Source of the DNA: Octopus bimaculoides
Taxonomy: Eukaryota
Assembly: GCF_001194135.2 (NCBI RefSeq)
Contig: NC_069003.1
Coordinates: 21,760,493 to 21,800,435 of the forward strand
Reading direction: 5' to 3'
DNA length: 39,943 nt
A model generated the notes under the pieces. That model was not told where the DNA came from. It saw only the letters and a list, made by a program, of their open reading frames with translations, and searched no databases. This document shows, one piece after another, positions 21,812 to 33,175 of the stretch. A program made the position numbers and the translations under genes. Every line of letters begins with the position of its first letter. Position 1 is the first letter of the stretch.

Positions 21812-22242
21812 ATGCATGTGTATGTGCATATCTGTCTGTGTATGTATAGATATATGTTGTGTCTGTAGTTATATCTATATTTATGCATATTTATGAAATG
21901 ATATATATTTATATATACAATATGTATGTGTGTGTGTGTATGCACACACACACAGATATTCATATTTATGTATTTAGGTTGTTCTGGTAGAAATTCTTCC
22001 AGCCATGCTCTGCTCTTTCTCACTCCTCTTTTCTCTCCTTCCTTCCTCTTCTATCTCTCTCCTTATCTTCTCTCGCTATTTATGCATGTATCTATGTGTC
22101 TCACTATCAGTGTGTCTGTGTATCTGTGCCTCTGTATTCCTCTTTGCACTTCCCCCCCTCCTCTCTCAATAAGTCTTGTTGTCTCACAATCTGTTTCTCT
22201 CTCTGCCTGACTGCCATTCTGTCTGTTCGTTGTCTGTCTGCT

Positions 22243-22275
<33 letters not shown>

Positions 22276-22667
22276 TTATCTTTTTGTCTGTCTATCTATC
22301 TATCTATCTATCTATCTATCCAACTGTCTATCTAACTGTCTATCTGTCTGTCTATATCTTTCTCTGCCTATCTCTATGTGTCTGTCTATCAGTCTGGCTG
22401 TCTGTCTGTATCTGCCTCTCTGTCTGACTGTCTTTCTATCAGATTTGTTATCTGTCTGTCTGTCCATGCATGTCTCTGTCTGTCTGGTTGTCTGCCCATC
22501 TAAGTATCAATCTGTCAGTCTACCCCACTCACTCTCTCTCTATATATATATCTCTCTCTCTCTCTCTCTTACATTCTTCCATCTATTTTTCCCTTTCTGT
22601 TTCTTTATTGCATCCTTTATCTGTGTATGTGTATGCATGTGTACATGTGTGTATGTGTGTGCGTGTG

Positions 22668-22702
<35 letters not shown>
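21400..22702. repeat. Extended compound microsatellite and low-complexity block ((TATG)n, (TA)n, (TCTA)n/(TCTG)n, (TG)n)
   Basis: Direct inspection. Confidence 0.85.
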
Positions 22703-22704
<2 letters not shown>

Positions 22705-22990
22705 GTGCAATATGGTTAAGTGGTTTAGAAGTTTGCTTCACAACCATAAGATCCTGGGTTCAACCCCACTCCAAGGCATCTTGAGTAAATGTCATTTCCT
22801 ATAGCCCCTCATTGGCCTATATCTTGTGAGTGAAACTCAGTCCAAGAAAGTTGTGTAGAAGCCCATCATATGGATTGTACCTGTAATTCAAAGGTACAAC
22901 CTTGTCAAACACTGTGTTATACTGATCCTGACTGAGGATTATGTAAAATATACATATGACTGTGGAATATCCAGCCATTTGTATCTTCAT
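22703..22990 (+). mobile_element. Degenerate SINE: family M head with tail domain B
   Basis: GGTTAAGTGGTTTAGAAG..GGGTTCAACCCC head; tail CCTGTAATTCAAAGG..CTTGTC matches the reverse complement of 3600-3750. Confidence 0.6.
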
Positions 22991-23009
22991 TAAATGAACA
23001 GGTTTTGTT

Positions 23010-23198
23010 TGCTTATCCCTCTGGCATTCAGATTACTCTGGCTAATGTAATGCTAACTCATTCACATTGCTTGGAATTAATCATGCATTATCTCATAGCT
23101 TTGAGATTTCAATGATATAATTGTTTATTTTTAGAATGACATTGTAAGGTAAGTGTGATAAGCTGGATCTGGTCAGTTTGAACATAAAACAATATAGA
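23010..23198 (+). mobile_element. Partial copy of the piggyBac-type MITE, cut by an RTE tail
   Basis: 23075-23190 is nearly identical to 23645-23762. Confidence 0.7.
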
Positions 23199-23566
23199 AT
23201 CATCATCATCATCATCATCATCATCGTTTAACGTCTGCTTTCCATGCTAGCATGGGTTGGATGATTTGACTGAGAACTGGTGAACCAGATGGCTACACCA
23301 GGCTCCAATCTGATCTGGCAGAGTTTCTACAGCTGGATGCCCTTCCTAACGCCAACCACTCCAAGAGTGTAGTGGGGGCTTTTACGTGCCACCGGCACGA
23401 AAGCCAGTCAGGCGGTACTGGCAACGGCCACGCTCAAAATGGTGTATTTTACGTGCCACCTGCACAGGAGCCAGTCCAGTGGCACTGGCAACTATCTCGC
23501 TCGAATGTCTTTACACATGCCACCGGCACAAGTGCCAGGAAGGTGACGCTGGGCACAGGTGCCATC
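23199..23566 (-). mobile_element. RTE R1 3' end (young subfamily, similar to 1-270 and 39609-39943)
   Basis: (CAT)n then CGTTTAACGTCTGCTTTCCATGCTAGCATGGG...; GCCACGCTCAAAATGG unit. Confidence 0.85.
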
Positions 23567-23588
23567 TAGCTGGACATGGTTGATTTAA

Positions 23589-23816
23589 CCCTTTAGCATT
23601 CAAATTATTGTCAAATGTAATGCTTATTTATTCATATTGTTTTGGATTAATCATGCATTATCTCATAGCTTTGAGAGTTCAATGATATAATTGTTTATTT
23701 TTAGAATGACATTGTAAGGTAAGTGTGATAGGCTGGATCTGGTCAGTTTGAACAACATAAAACAGGTAGAATTAAAACATATTTTGGTTGGATATAATTG
23801 ATTAAATGCTAAAGGG
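23589..23816. mobile_element. piggyBac-type MITE, TTAA TSD
   Basis: TTAA(23585-23588)-CCCTTTAGCATT ... AATGCTAAAGGG-TTAA(23817-23820). Confidence 0.85.
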
Positions 23817-23957
23817 TTAAACAACTGAATCTGGATAACCAAAATTGATTGATGTAGTATATGTGTGTGTTTGTGTGTATATATGTATATATACATACAC
23901 ATACATACATACACACATGCATGCATGCATGCATGCATACCTACATACATACATACA

Positions 23958-23988
<31 letters not shown>

Positions 23989-24057
23989 GAGGGGTGTTCA
24001 TTAAAGATTTCCCCTGACCCACTTCCCAAGGACTGGAATAAACAAAACTTGGCATAA

Positions 24058-25083
24058 TTATTTGTCCTTCTCTACATAGCCACCACCAATGGTGACACAC
24101 CTCTCCCGTCGCTTTATGCAGCTGTGAAGACCTCGTCTGTAGAAGCCGGTAGGTTGCATCTGGAGCCAAGACTTTACCCCGGAAATAAGTACATCATCAC
24201 CCAAAAAGTGCTTTCTCTTAAAAAAAGACTTCATGGTTGGAAAGAAGCAAAAGTCAAATGGCACAAGGTCAGGAGAGTAAGGGGGATGAGGAAGGATTTC
24301 ATAGCTGCAGGAGTCTGCTTTCATCTGGGTAACATGCGCAATGTGAACTGGGGAATTGTCTTGGAGGAGGCAGACTCCTCTGGTCAGCATGCCAAGCCTC
24401 ACTGCTTTGATGGTGTCCTGCAATTTCTGCAGCAGAGAAGTATAATATGCCCTGTTACTCATGGGGCCCTTTGCCAGAAAATCCATCATCACTATTCCAC
24501 ACTGGTTCCAAAAACTGTGAGCATCACCTTGCCTGTTGAGGGTTGGACGTAAGCCTTTTTTGGAGGTGGTGAGTTATCATGCTTCCATTGCTTCAACTGG
24601 AATTTAGTCTTCGGATCATAGTGATGGTCCCATGTTTCTGCTTGTGTGATAAGTCTGCTGGAAAAGTCCACCTCGTTTTCTTGGCACGTTGACTTGTTCC
24701 TGCTTCTAAAAAGGTGTGAGCATCCGGGGAATCCATCATGTAGACATCTTCTGCATGTACAAATGGTCGTGAATGATTTTTTCCATGGACCCTACACATA
24801 TCTTCACTTCTTGGGCTAGTTGCTGAATAGTTATGTGACACTTCTCCAAAATGGCAGCTTCCACTTTATGGACGGTGTCATCATCAACGGCAGAATGTGA
24901 TCATCCAGGAGCAGTTTCCACTGATGTCAAACCACACTTGAACTGATGATACCAGTACTTGACTACCTTGTATGATGGTGCATCGTCACCATAAACTTCC
25001 TTCAACCCATTGAAAGTCTCTTTTGCTGTACAACCTTTCAAGTATAAGAACCTGATCACTGATCTGCATTCAACTGCCTCCAT
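24058..25083 (-). pseudogene. Mariner DD34D transposase pseudogene
   Basis: MEAVECRSVIRFLYLKG..YKVVKYWYHQFKCG; LLQDNSPVH..ILPHPPYSPDLVPFDF..RCVTIGGGYVEK*; stops and frameshifts in the middle. Confidence 0.92.
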
Positions 25084-25093
25084 TTAATTCTAT

Positions 25094-25303
25094 ATTGCCT
25101 ACAAGGGAATAAAATAGAGGGGACAAACAAGGACAGACAAAGGGACTAAGTCGATTACATTGATCCCAGTGCGTAACTAGTACTTATTTAATCGACCGCC
25201 GAAAGGATGAAAGGCAAAGTCAACCTCGATGGAATTTTAACTCAGAACGTAGCAGCAGACGAAATACCGCTAAGCATTTCGACTGGCATGCTAATGATTC
25301 TGC
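25094..25303 (-). mobile_element. SINE family A with alternative tail, inserted just upstream of the transposase ATG
   Basis: Candidate TSD TTCTAT at 25088-25093 and 25304-25309. Confidence 0.85.
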
Positions 25304-25496
25304 TTCTATTATAATACTTTAGTCCACTTCAGCAGCCGTAAAAGACAAACGAATCCTAGTGGAAAGCTACAATTTACAATGTGATATGTAGAGACATGTA
25401 TGATTATACCTGTACAAGTTCTGTTTCCTACAATAACCAGAAGTGGGTTAGGGGAAATCTTTAATGAATGTCCCTCATACATACACACATACGTAC

Positions 25497-25548
<52 letters not shown>

Positions 25549-25644
25549 NNNNNNNNNNTGTGTGTGTGTGTGTGTGTGCATGTATGTATGTAATTGTATC
25601 TGAATGTGGAAGCATTTCTATGTTCATATGTCTGTATCTTTTAT

Positions 25645-26086
25645 CTTTTATCTGTTTCAGTCATTAGACTGCAGCCATGCTGGAGCACTACCCTGGAGAA
25701 TTTTAGTCAAATGAATTGACCCCAGAACTTATCTTTTTTTAAAGCCTGGTACTTATTCTGTCACCCTGGGAACTACATGGCCATGACTGGCCAGAGACAG
25801 AAAAACAGTAGAAGGAGACCAGGGAGGGGTTCCTCCTTTAGAAGTGATGAAGACCTAGATAAGGATAATATTGATTTCAAGTTTTGGCACAAGCCCAGCA
25901 ATTTCAGAGGACAGGGTAAATCAATTGCAGCGACCCAAGTGTTCAACTGGTCCTTACTTTATTGACCCTGAAAGGATGAAAGGCAAAGTTGACCTCGGCA
26001 GAATTTGAACTCAGAATGTGATTACAGATGGAATACTGTTAAGCATTTTGCCCAGGGTGCTAACAAATCTGCCATCTCACCTCCTT
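25645..26086 (-). mobile_element. SINE M tail fragment (25645-25762) and SINE A copy (25871-26086)
   Basis: Reverse complements of the motifs at 1600-1730 and 5761-5960. Confidence 0.75.
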
Positions 26087-26495
26087 AGGATAAAATAATA
26101 TTAAATACAGAACACTTAATTAGAGAACACTTTGTACTAACAGCTTTCATTCATCCGTGCTTGGTTTCTTTCTTCTTTTCTTCCTTACTTCCTTTTTTTT
26201 TTTTTATCTTTCCTTCCAGTCTGTCTTCCTTTCTCTGTTTATCTCTTGATTGCACCTCAACTTTGCCTCTTCTGTTTCTTTTCCCCTTCTTTCAACACAT
26301 CTTTCATTTTTATTTAAACTCCATTCCTTCCTTCCCCACCTCATCTCCACCTACTGATTGTATGTATGTATGATTGGGTACAGTATAATTTTTTAATATG
26401 AAGAAGCCAGTTCCGCAGGAATGAGGATCAATACCACGAGGTAATGGTGGCCTGGGGTGAGGTGTTCGGTGGGGTGGCATTCAAGGTGCAGTGCA

Positions 26496-26514
26496 AACAT
26501 ACATATAAGTACAT

Positions 26515-26545
<31 letters not shown>

Positions 26546-26628
26546 CATTATATATATATACAAACGTATATACATATAAATATATATATATATATATATA
26601 AACATATATATACATACACACACATGTG

Positions 26629-26691
<63 letters not shown>

Positions 26692-27039
26692 ATATAGACA
26701 TATATACATATATATACACACATACACATAAATATATATGTATATACAAGCATATATATATTTATATATATCCTACACTTAGTAGTCATTTATTATGGAG
26801 CGTGACTTGATCACAGAAGTCTATAAATATATATACATGCATGTATGTGTATACATGTGTATGTAAATACGTATACACATATACACATACATACAAATAT
26901 ATATACATACACATACATACATATATGGGTTTGTGTATGTGTGTACGACTTAATACAAAATTAGTAGTCATGTATGTATATATATGTATGTGAATCTGAG
27001 TATTTGTGTGTGTGTTTGTGAGTGGGTGTATCTGAGTGT

Positions 27040-27077
<38 letters not shown>

Positions 27078-27120
27078 TTTGCACATGTGTGTGTGTGTGT
27101 GAGTGTGTCTGTCTCTCTTT
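26496..27120. repeat. Long compound (CA)n/(TA)n/(CT)n/(TG)n microsatellite block
   Basis: Direct inspection. Confidence 0.9.
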
Positions 27121-27734
27121 CTCTCTGTCCTAGGTTTAATAAGACATTTCCTACATTACACAGAACCAAACCATTGCCTTTCTCGCAATTTTCAAAACCA
27201 ACCAAGCCATTAAATTATAATTTTTCACATGATTGATTCCATCTTCAGAGATGAAACATTTTTGCCCAATATTTACATCTCTACCATACTGCGATTGGCT
27301 TCATCTCTGTTTGTTGTCTTTCAGGGGATGTTACATCGTACCAGATTGAGGCTGATCGTTGCATAAAATGTCTAAGATGAGCTGTTACTTAATAAGATTA
27401 TAATTTCCGACTATTAACCTTCACTTTACTGATAAAACATTACTGAAATATATATTTCTCAACTATATTCTGGTTGAGTTGGTTTCTGTTCATCATAATT
27501 ATACATTTAATTTGTATACATATGTGTACACAGTATTGAACTGGACTGGATTTGAACCAGGGACTCTTATTTTTAAACTAAGAGTATTACAGGCTTCTCC
27601 TTCACCACAGCCTCTTCCTCCCACACAGCACAGCATTCCCATTCGATGCCAGCATTCCCATACCTTTGTTACACTCACTATCTGCCTTTCTTGCCCTCTC
27701 TATGCTTTCTCATTTTTACTTCTGATGAAGCTTT

Positions 27735-28255
27735 GGTGTAAGCTTTGGACACATAAACGGTGCAGCAATATAAGAGGAAAAGGTTAACAGGGAAAATAAC
27801 TTTTGTATGTGGAAGATGCACAGGTATAATTAATGCTGAAAATGTGCAAAGAATAGACTCCATCAACTGCTAGCACGGCAAGCTAGAGGTAGTAGATAGC
27901 TTCGGTTATCTAGGTGACCGAGTTAGAAGTGGAGGGGGATGCTCCAAGAGCATAGCTGTGAGAATAAGATTAGGCTGGGCAAAGTCCAGAGAGCTCCTAC
28001 CTCTACTGGCAACAAAGGGCCACTCTCTCCAGAGTGAAAGGCAGATTGTATGATGCCTATATGCGAACACCCATGCTACATGGCCGTGAAACATGGGCTG
28101 TGACAGCTGAGGACATGAGTAGGCTTGAAAGAAATGAAGCCAGAGTGCATGTTTAACAGAATGTAAGCATCTTGAGAGAAAAGTTAGGCATAAGAGACAT
28201 CAGATGTGGTGTGCAAGAGAGATGACTGCATTGGTATGGTCATGTGATGCAATGA
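27735..28255 (+). pseudogene. RTE R1 ORF2 fragment including a Cys/His-rich (PHD-like) insertion
   Basis: WCKLWTHKRCSNIRG /fs/ TFVCGRCTG..KLEVVDSFGYLGD..SGGGCSKS..RIRLGWAK.RELLPLL..RVKGRLYDA..HGRETWAV..RLERNEA; homologous to 17838-18185. Confidence 0.85.
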
Positions 28256-28939
28256 TTGACAAACCAGGGTTGGTATTATTACATTTCTATAACTTAGTGG
28301 TTTGGCAGAAGAGAACGATAGAATAAATACCTGGCCCAGCATGGCCACAGTCTAATGACTGAAACAAATAAATGATAAAAGATATATATATATAGAGAGA
28401 GAGAGATTGTGAGAGGTAATGGTGTCAGTAAGATCCACAAGGTGTCAGGTAATGCTGAGTAAGTGCTACGGATAGACCATAGTTAAGCTCCAGGTTCAGT
28501 GATTATGCGAATAAGGGGTCCAACATAGGTCATATATCAGCATGTGTATATATAAATTCTTTTTTTTTTCAGAATGAGATAAAAAAACCAAGGCTGTGAA
28601 GATTTCAGAACATTTATAAATAGGTGTTACAGCTTTTTCCAGGATATTTATTGTATCCTTTCATCGGAGACGGTGTGAGAGAATGGTTAAGCAATAGTTA
28701 ATTTAGGTAAGATACGAAATAGAGAGTGAAGTGGAGGAATGAAAATAGATGTGAGATATGCAGGGATATTGCATTTGTAGATCCAATATTTAGGCAGAAT
28801 GGTATACATACAAGATTCCAATACCTTGTGAGTAAAGTCCAATAGTATTTAGAATTGGTCATTCCAAGTATAGAGTTTGTACCCAGTGCTATTGAATCAA
28901 GGGTTTTATTTAAAGTGACCTAAAAGTAGGGAAGGTATT

Positions 28940-29179
28940 TGTAAGGTCAAATTGAAAACAGGAAGAGAGGAATAAAGAAAAGAGAGAAAAAAAAAGAGAA
29001 GGAAAAAAGTGGAGAAAAAAGAGGAAAACAGGAAGAGAGGAATAAAGAAAAAAAGAAAAAAGAAAAACAAGGAGACAGATAATAAGGGAAAATGTACCAG
29101 TCAGTGGTCAGTCAAGAGAGTTTTTTCTTTTTTTCTTGTCTTCTTTTTCCTTCTTTTTTTTTTTTTCTCTTTTCTTTAT
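28940..29179. repeat. A/G-rich and T/C-rich low-complexity tracts
   Basis: Direct inspection. Confidence 0.8.
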
Positions 29180-29950
29180 ATCATCATCATCATCGTTTAA
29201 TGGTTTGCCTTCCATACTGGCATGGGTTGGATGGTTTGACAGGAGAGTGGCAAGCCAGTAGGCTGCACCAGGCTCCAAATTCTGATATGGCAATGTTTCT
29301 ACAGCTGTATGCCTTTCCTAACGCCAACCACTCTGAGAGTGTAGTCAGTATTTTTACGTGCCACAAGCACGGGAGTCAGTCAGGAGGCACTGGCATCGAC
29401 CACGTTCGCATGGTGCTTTTTTACATACCACCAGCACGGGTGCCAGTCAGGCAGCACTGGCATGGGCCACAACTACAATTTCCATTTTGATCTTGATTCT
29501 ACTTGATTCAATAGGTCTTCTCAAGTGTAGCATATCGCCTGATGATTCAAAGCTACTTTTTAAATGGGCTGGTTATGCAACACTGGTATAGGCTATGGCT
29601 GTGATCTCACTTTACTTGCTGGGCGTTCTCAATCACTACATATCTCCAAAGGTCTTTGTTTTTCATCATTGCCTCTGTGAGGCCCAACATTCGAAGGTCA
29701 TGCTTCACCAACTCATTACATATCTTCTTGGGTCTCCCTCTTCCACGGGTTTACTTCCACTGTTAGGGTGTGACACTTCTTCACACAGTTCTCCTCATCC
29801 ATACGCAGCACATGACCATACCAGCAGTCGTTTCTCTTGCACACCACATCTGATGCTTCTTATGTCCAACATTTCTCTCAAGGCGCTTACACTCTGTCGT
29901 GTGTGCACACTGACATTACACATCCAGCAGATCATACCAGCTTCATTTCT
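29180..29950 (-). mobile_element. RTE R1 3' ~770 bp (ORF2 end, two UTR units, tail)
   Basis: Homologous to 17053-17950; WYGHVLRMDEENCVKKCH on the minus strand. Confidence 0.9.
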
Positions 29951-30003
29951 TTATATATTATTTATCATTTATTATTTAATTGAATGCAACACATCCATTT
30001 CCA

Positions 30004-30007
<4 letters not shown>

Positions 30008-30067
<60 letters not shown>

Positions 30068-30530
30068 TATATTATATATAAACATACATGCACATTCACA
30101 CACACAAACGCACATACACACAGAGATTTTGTATATTAGTGGTAATAGATGTGTGACTGTATATGATTATTCAAGAGAGAGAGAGAGAGAGAGAGTTTGT
30201 TTGTGTGTGTGTGTGTGTGTGCATGCTTCAGTTTGTGTGTGCAAATGTGTGTGCTTGTATGAAAAAGTATGTGTGCATTGGCATCTTTATTTGTGTGTGT
30301 ATGTGTGTGTGCACCTATCATCATGTGTGCATATGTGTGTGTGCACCTATCATCATGTGTGCATGTGTGTCTGCACAAGGTATATGTGTGTATGTATGTG
30401 CCTGTACACAGTATGCGTATGTGAGTATGTCTTTGTGTGCCTGTACATAGTATGCATGCATGTGTGTGTGCCTGTACACAGTATGCTTGTGTGTGTGTGT
30501 GTATGTGTGCCTGTGTGCATGTATGATAAT
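30008..30530. repeat. (TA)n, (AG)n and (TG)n block with higher-order 32-35 nt units
   Basis: GTGCACCTATCATCATGTGTGCA x2; GTGCCTGTACA(C/T)AGTATGC x3. Confidence 0.85.
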
Positions 30531-30723
30531 GTGTATAGGCCTCTTTATATTTTCATATCATTATGATAAAAAAAGAAACTTAATAGACTTCAGGTTTTTT
30601 CGGAGAATTTAACATCATGCAAATGTATTTTAGTGTCAGAACAAAAGAATTGGGTGGTTTGTTAATTTATTTGCTTGTTTATTCATTTAGTTAAGGAGAA
30701 AGAGAGTAAACACTCAGGTCTGA

Positions 30724-30778
<55 letters not shown>

Positions 30779-31010
30779 TAATAGGGTTGGAGAAAGAGAA
30801 TGTGAGACATAGAGAGAAGTGGGGAGAACAAGAGAAGAGGAAGACAGAGTCAATTGGTTTATTTTAGAAGAATTCTTTGATATTGGCACTTCTTATCACA
30901 GTCAAAATGTACTCGAATTCATGAGGGTTCTTTTCCATCATCAGCATCATCATTTTAATGCTCACTTTTCCATGTGTGCAGGAGTCAGATGGAAATTGTT
31001 GAAGTAGGTA

Positions 31011-31560
31011 CCCATGCTGGTGACCTGTAAAAAGCACCTGTGTTGGTGACACATAAAAGGCACATGTGCCAGTGATATATAAAAGGCACCCATGCCAGTG
31101 ACAAGTACAAGGCAGTCATGTCAGTGACATGTAGAAGGCACCCATGTTAGTGACATGTAAAAGGCACACGTGCCAGTGATACATAAAAGTCATATGTGCC
31201 AGTGACACATATAAGACTCTCATGTCAGTGACACATAGAAGGCACATGTGCCAGTGATATGTAAAGGCACCAATATTGGTGACACATAAAAAGCACCTGT
31301 GCCAGTCACATATAAAAGATGGCCATGCCAGTAACGCACAAAAGGCACACATGTTGGTGACATATAAAAAGCATGTCTTCTGGTGGCACGTAAAAGACAC
31401 CCATGCCAGTGATGCATAGCAGACACGTGCCATTGATGTGTACAAGGCACACAAGCCTGTGACACATAGAAGGCACATAAAAGGTGTTGCTGACTTGTAA
31501 AAGACACTTGTGCTAGTGATGGAGAAATGGCATCTGTGCAAGTGACACATAAAAGACACC
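31011..31560 (+). repeat. Diverged 26-bp minisatellite (~21 units) derived from the RTE R1 3' UTR motif
   Basis: Consensus approximately CCATGCCAGTGACACATAAAAGGCAC; continues directly into the RTE tail at 31561-31690. Confidence 0.9.
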
Positions 31561-31690
31561 ACATCTACTCTGTAAAGCAGTTGGTGTTAGGAAGGGCATC
31601 CAGCTGATGAAACCAAGCCAAAACAGATAGCTGGAGCCTGGTGCAGCTCTCTGGTTTACCAGCTCTGGTCAACCATCTTACCTATGCTAG
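31561..31690 (+). mobile_element. RTE R1 3' end lacking the terminal (GAT)n
   Basis: GTTGGTGTTAGGAAGGGCATCCAGCTG. Confidence 0.8.
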
Positions 31691-31885
31691 TAAGTTAACA
31701 TTTGTCTTATCCATATCAAGTAAGTTGACATATGTTGTCCCTTGGCCAGGCATGTTTTTCTCAGAAAATAAAAAATGAAAGACACCGCATGGTGACAATC
31801 ATTTACAATTATCAAACGATGCCAAAACAAGGAAACATTAACATACGCACACACTTGCGGGCGCACACACACACACACACATATA

Positions 31886-32045
31886 AGTGCAGGTGTGGCT
31901 ATGTGGTAAGAAGCTTGTTTCCTAATCACAGGGTTCTGGGTTCAGTTCCACTGCGTGGCACTTTTAAGCAAGTCTCTTCTACTATAACCTCGAGCTAACC
32001 AAGCCTTGTGAGTGGATTTGATAGACAGAAACTGAAAGAAGCCCG

Positions 32046-32139
<94 letters not shown>

Positions 32140-32152
32140 ATATGTATATATG

Positions 32153-32187
<35 letters not shown>

Positions 32188-32461
32188 ATTTTGTGTCTAT
32201 TTGTTACCCCCTCCATCACTTGATGCAGTTAGTCTCTGACAGTTTCCATGGTGGTGGTGGTGATGATGACGACGACAACGATGATGATGATACATATAAG
32301 ACAAGTTCTTTCAGCTTCCGTCCACCAAATCCACTCCCAAGGCTTTGGTCAGCCTGACACTATAGCAGAAGGCACTTGCCCAAGGTGCCATGCAGTGGGA
32401 CTGAACCCAGAGCCACGTGGTTGGGAAGCAAGCTTCTTATCTCACAACCACGCCTGCACCT
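31886..32461. mobile_element. Inverted pair of SINE M heads (31886-32047 +, 32300-32461 -) around (TA)n/(GAT)n
   Basis: The two heads are reverse complements over ~160 nt. Confidence 0.85.
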
Positions 32462-32795
32462 ATAGGTGTGCATCAGACCTATTTTTTCTGTTTCGTGTGT
32501 TCCTTACGCACATACAGATAAGGCACACATCTCATATGCCAGACGCCAACACATACACACACACTCACTGACAAATACAAATGGAACATACTTCTATTTA
32601 AACCATTCCACGTTAGCTGTGCTGCATATGTCAAGCAAAAACCTATTGTAACAGTAAATTAATGAAGACTGACAACAAATGAAACATGAAAATACATAGC
32701 TATTATATATATTTATATATAATATATATGCATGCATATATATATATATGTGTGTGTGTATGCATATATGTATGTTGGGATAGTGTTGGCCTCTG

Positions 32796-32925
32796 CCACC
32801 AGAGGGCTAACTGCTGCATTCTATCTGTGTGTTCTGCTGGTAATCGATAGTTAACCAATCAAAGGTGATGGTAGAATGCTTTTAAAACATTACCGACTTT
32901 GGAATTGGTTGAGAGCAACCAATTC
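32796..32925. promoter_or_regulatory. Candidate regulatory island: CTCF-like core and three CCAAT boxes
   Basis: CCACCAGAGGGC at 32796-32807; AACCAATCA near 32853; GAATTGGTTG-AGAG-CAACCAATTC at 32902-32925. Motif match only. Confidence 0.3.
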
Positions 32926-32999
32926 TGCCAGGAATTATCTGCCCAACAGTAAATCATTTTTGTGTAATATCAGAACACACAAATATGCACACGCATACA

Positions 33000-33089
33000 G
33001 ACACAAAATAGACACACACACACACACACATACGCACACACTTATTTTATACATACTCATGCACACTCATGAATACATATGTGTGTGTG

Positions 33090-33175
<86 letters not shown>

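Larger units (their letters stand above)
23988..25477 (-). mobile_element. Mariner transposon 2 (TIR ~38 bp, TA TSD), both ends present
   Basis: TA 23986-23987 and 25478-25479; TIRs TGAGGG(GTG/ACA)TTCATTAAAGATTTCCCCT(G/A)ACCCACTTC. Confidence 0.92.

Noticed and set aside
23988-25477. Active transposase or Fanzor/TnpB cargo in the mariners
   Set aside because: All three transposases have stops or frameshifts, element lengths are explained by the transposase plus SINE insertions, and no RuvC-like ORF is visible.
29595-30566. 323-aa plus-strand ORF
   Set aside because: It is antisense to the RTE 3' end and then runs through (TA)n/(TG)n; the YI/CV dipeptide runs are microsatellite artefacts.
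31011-31560. CRISPR-like array
   Set aside because: The units are contiguous 26-mers with no unique spacers, derive from a LINE UTR motif, lie in eukaryotic context and have no cas genes nearby.
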